A model generated the notes under the pieces. That model ran no database searches. It saw only the letters and a program-made list of their open reading frames with translations, and had not been told where the DNA came from. 64,000 bases of DNA from a virus (taxonomy: Duplodnaviria; Caudoviricetes). The position numbers were made by a program, and so were the translations under genes. Shown piece by piece: positions 63,999 through 64,000 of this stretch (positions within the stretch are counted from its first letter, which is position 1; every line of letters begins with the position of its first letter). Location: IMG/VR virus record IMGVR_UViG_3300023184_002375, positions 1,725-65,724 of that record; one strand, 5' to 3'.

Positions 63999-64000
63999 GA

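Noticed and set aside
1-64000. Eukaryotic giant virus (collagen- and glycosyltransferase-rich) or cellular origin
   Set aside because: Shine-Dalgarno motifs, a consensus sigma70 promoter, T4-like late promoters, an Mtd-N domain and tight operonic packing favour a bacteriophage. This is not formally excluded without hallmark genes.
1-64000. Stop-codon reassignment or programmed frameshifts
   Set aside because: Very long ORFs are intact in the standard code, and TAA, TGA and (in one small ORF) TAG all appear as terminators at sensible gene ends. No broken gene needing repair was seen.

Overview
This window is most consistent with part of a large, AT-rich tailed dsDNA phage genome (Caudoviricetes, jumbo/T4-like late-gene organisation). 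About 59 kb (1-58943) is one uninterrupted plus-strand cluster of 19 virion fibre/adhesin/decoration-type genes. These include Gln-rich collagen-like fibres, a putative-Ig (He_PIG) repeat protein, an Mtd-N/pectin-lyase-like protein, several polyglycine-rich proteins, and two giant LamG/SPRY lectin-like proteins (3171 and 4684 aa). After the cluster come a four-domain glycosyltransferase/FkbM methyltransferase behind a consensus sigma70 promoter, a signal-peptide-bearing non-specific endonuclease, a tiny overlapping ORF, a GC-rich structured intergenic element, an HExxH protein, a terminator and the 3' end of a convergent gene. Many gene junctions carry a T4-late-like (TA)TAAATA motif. The most notable observations are: (1) four tandem phycobiliprotein-like C-x-R-D helical repeats in a probable virion protein; (2) 'Russian-doll' insertion of whole domains inside loops of other domains in several genes; (3) framework-identical but loop-hypervariable LamG copies with NNC-rich codons; and (4) near-identical cassettes shared between different fibre genes. 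All family assignments are by-eye motif recognition. No searches were run, and sub-gene coordinates are approximate.
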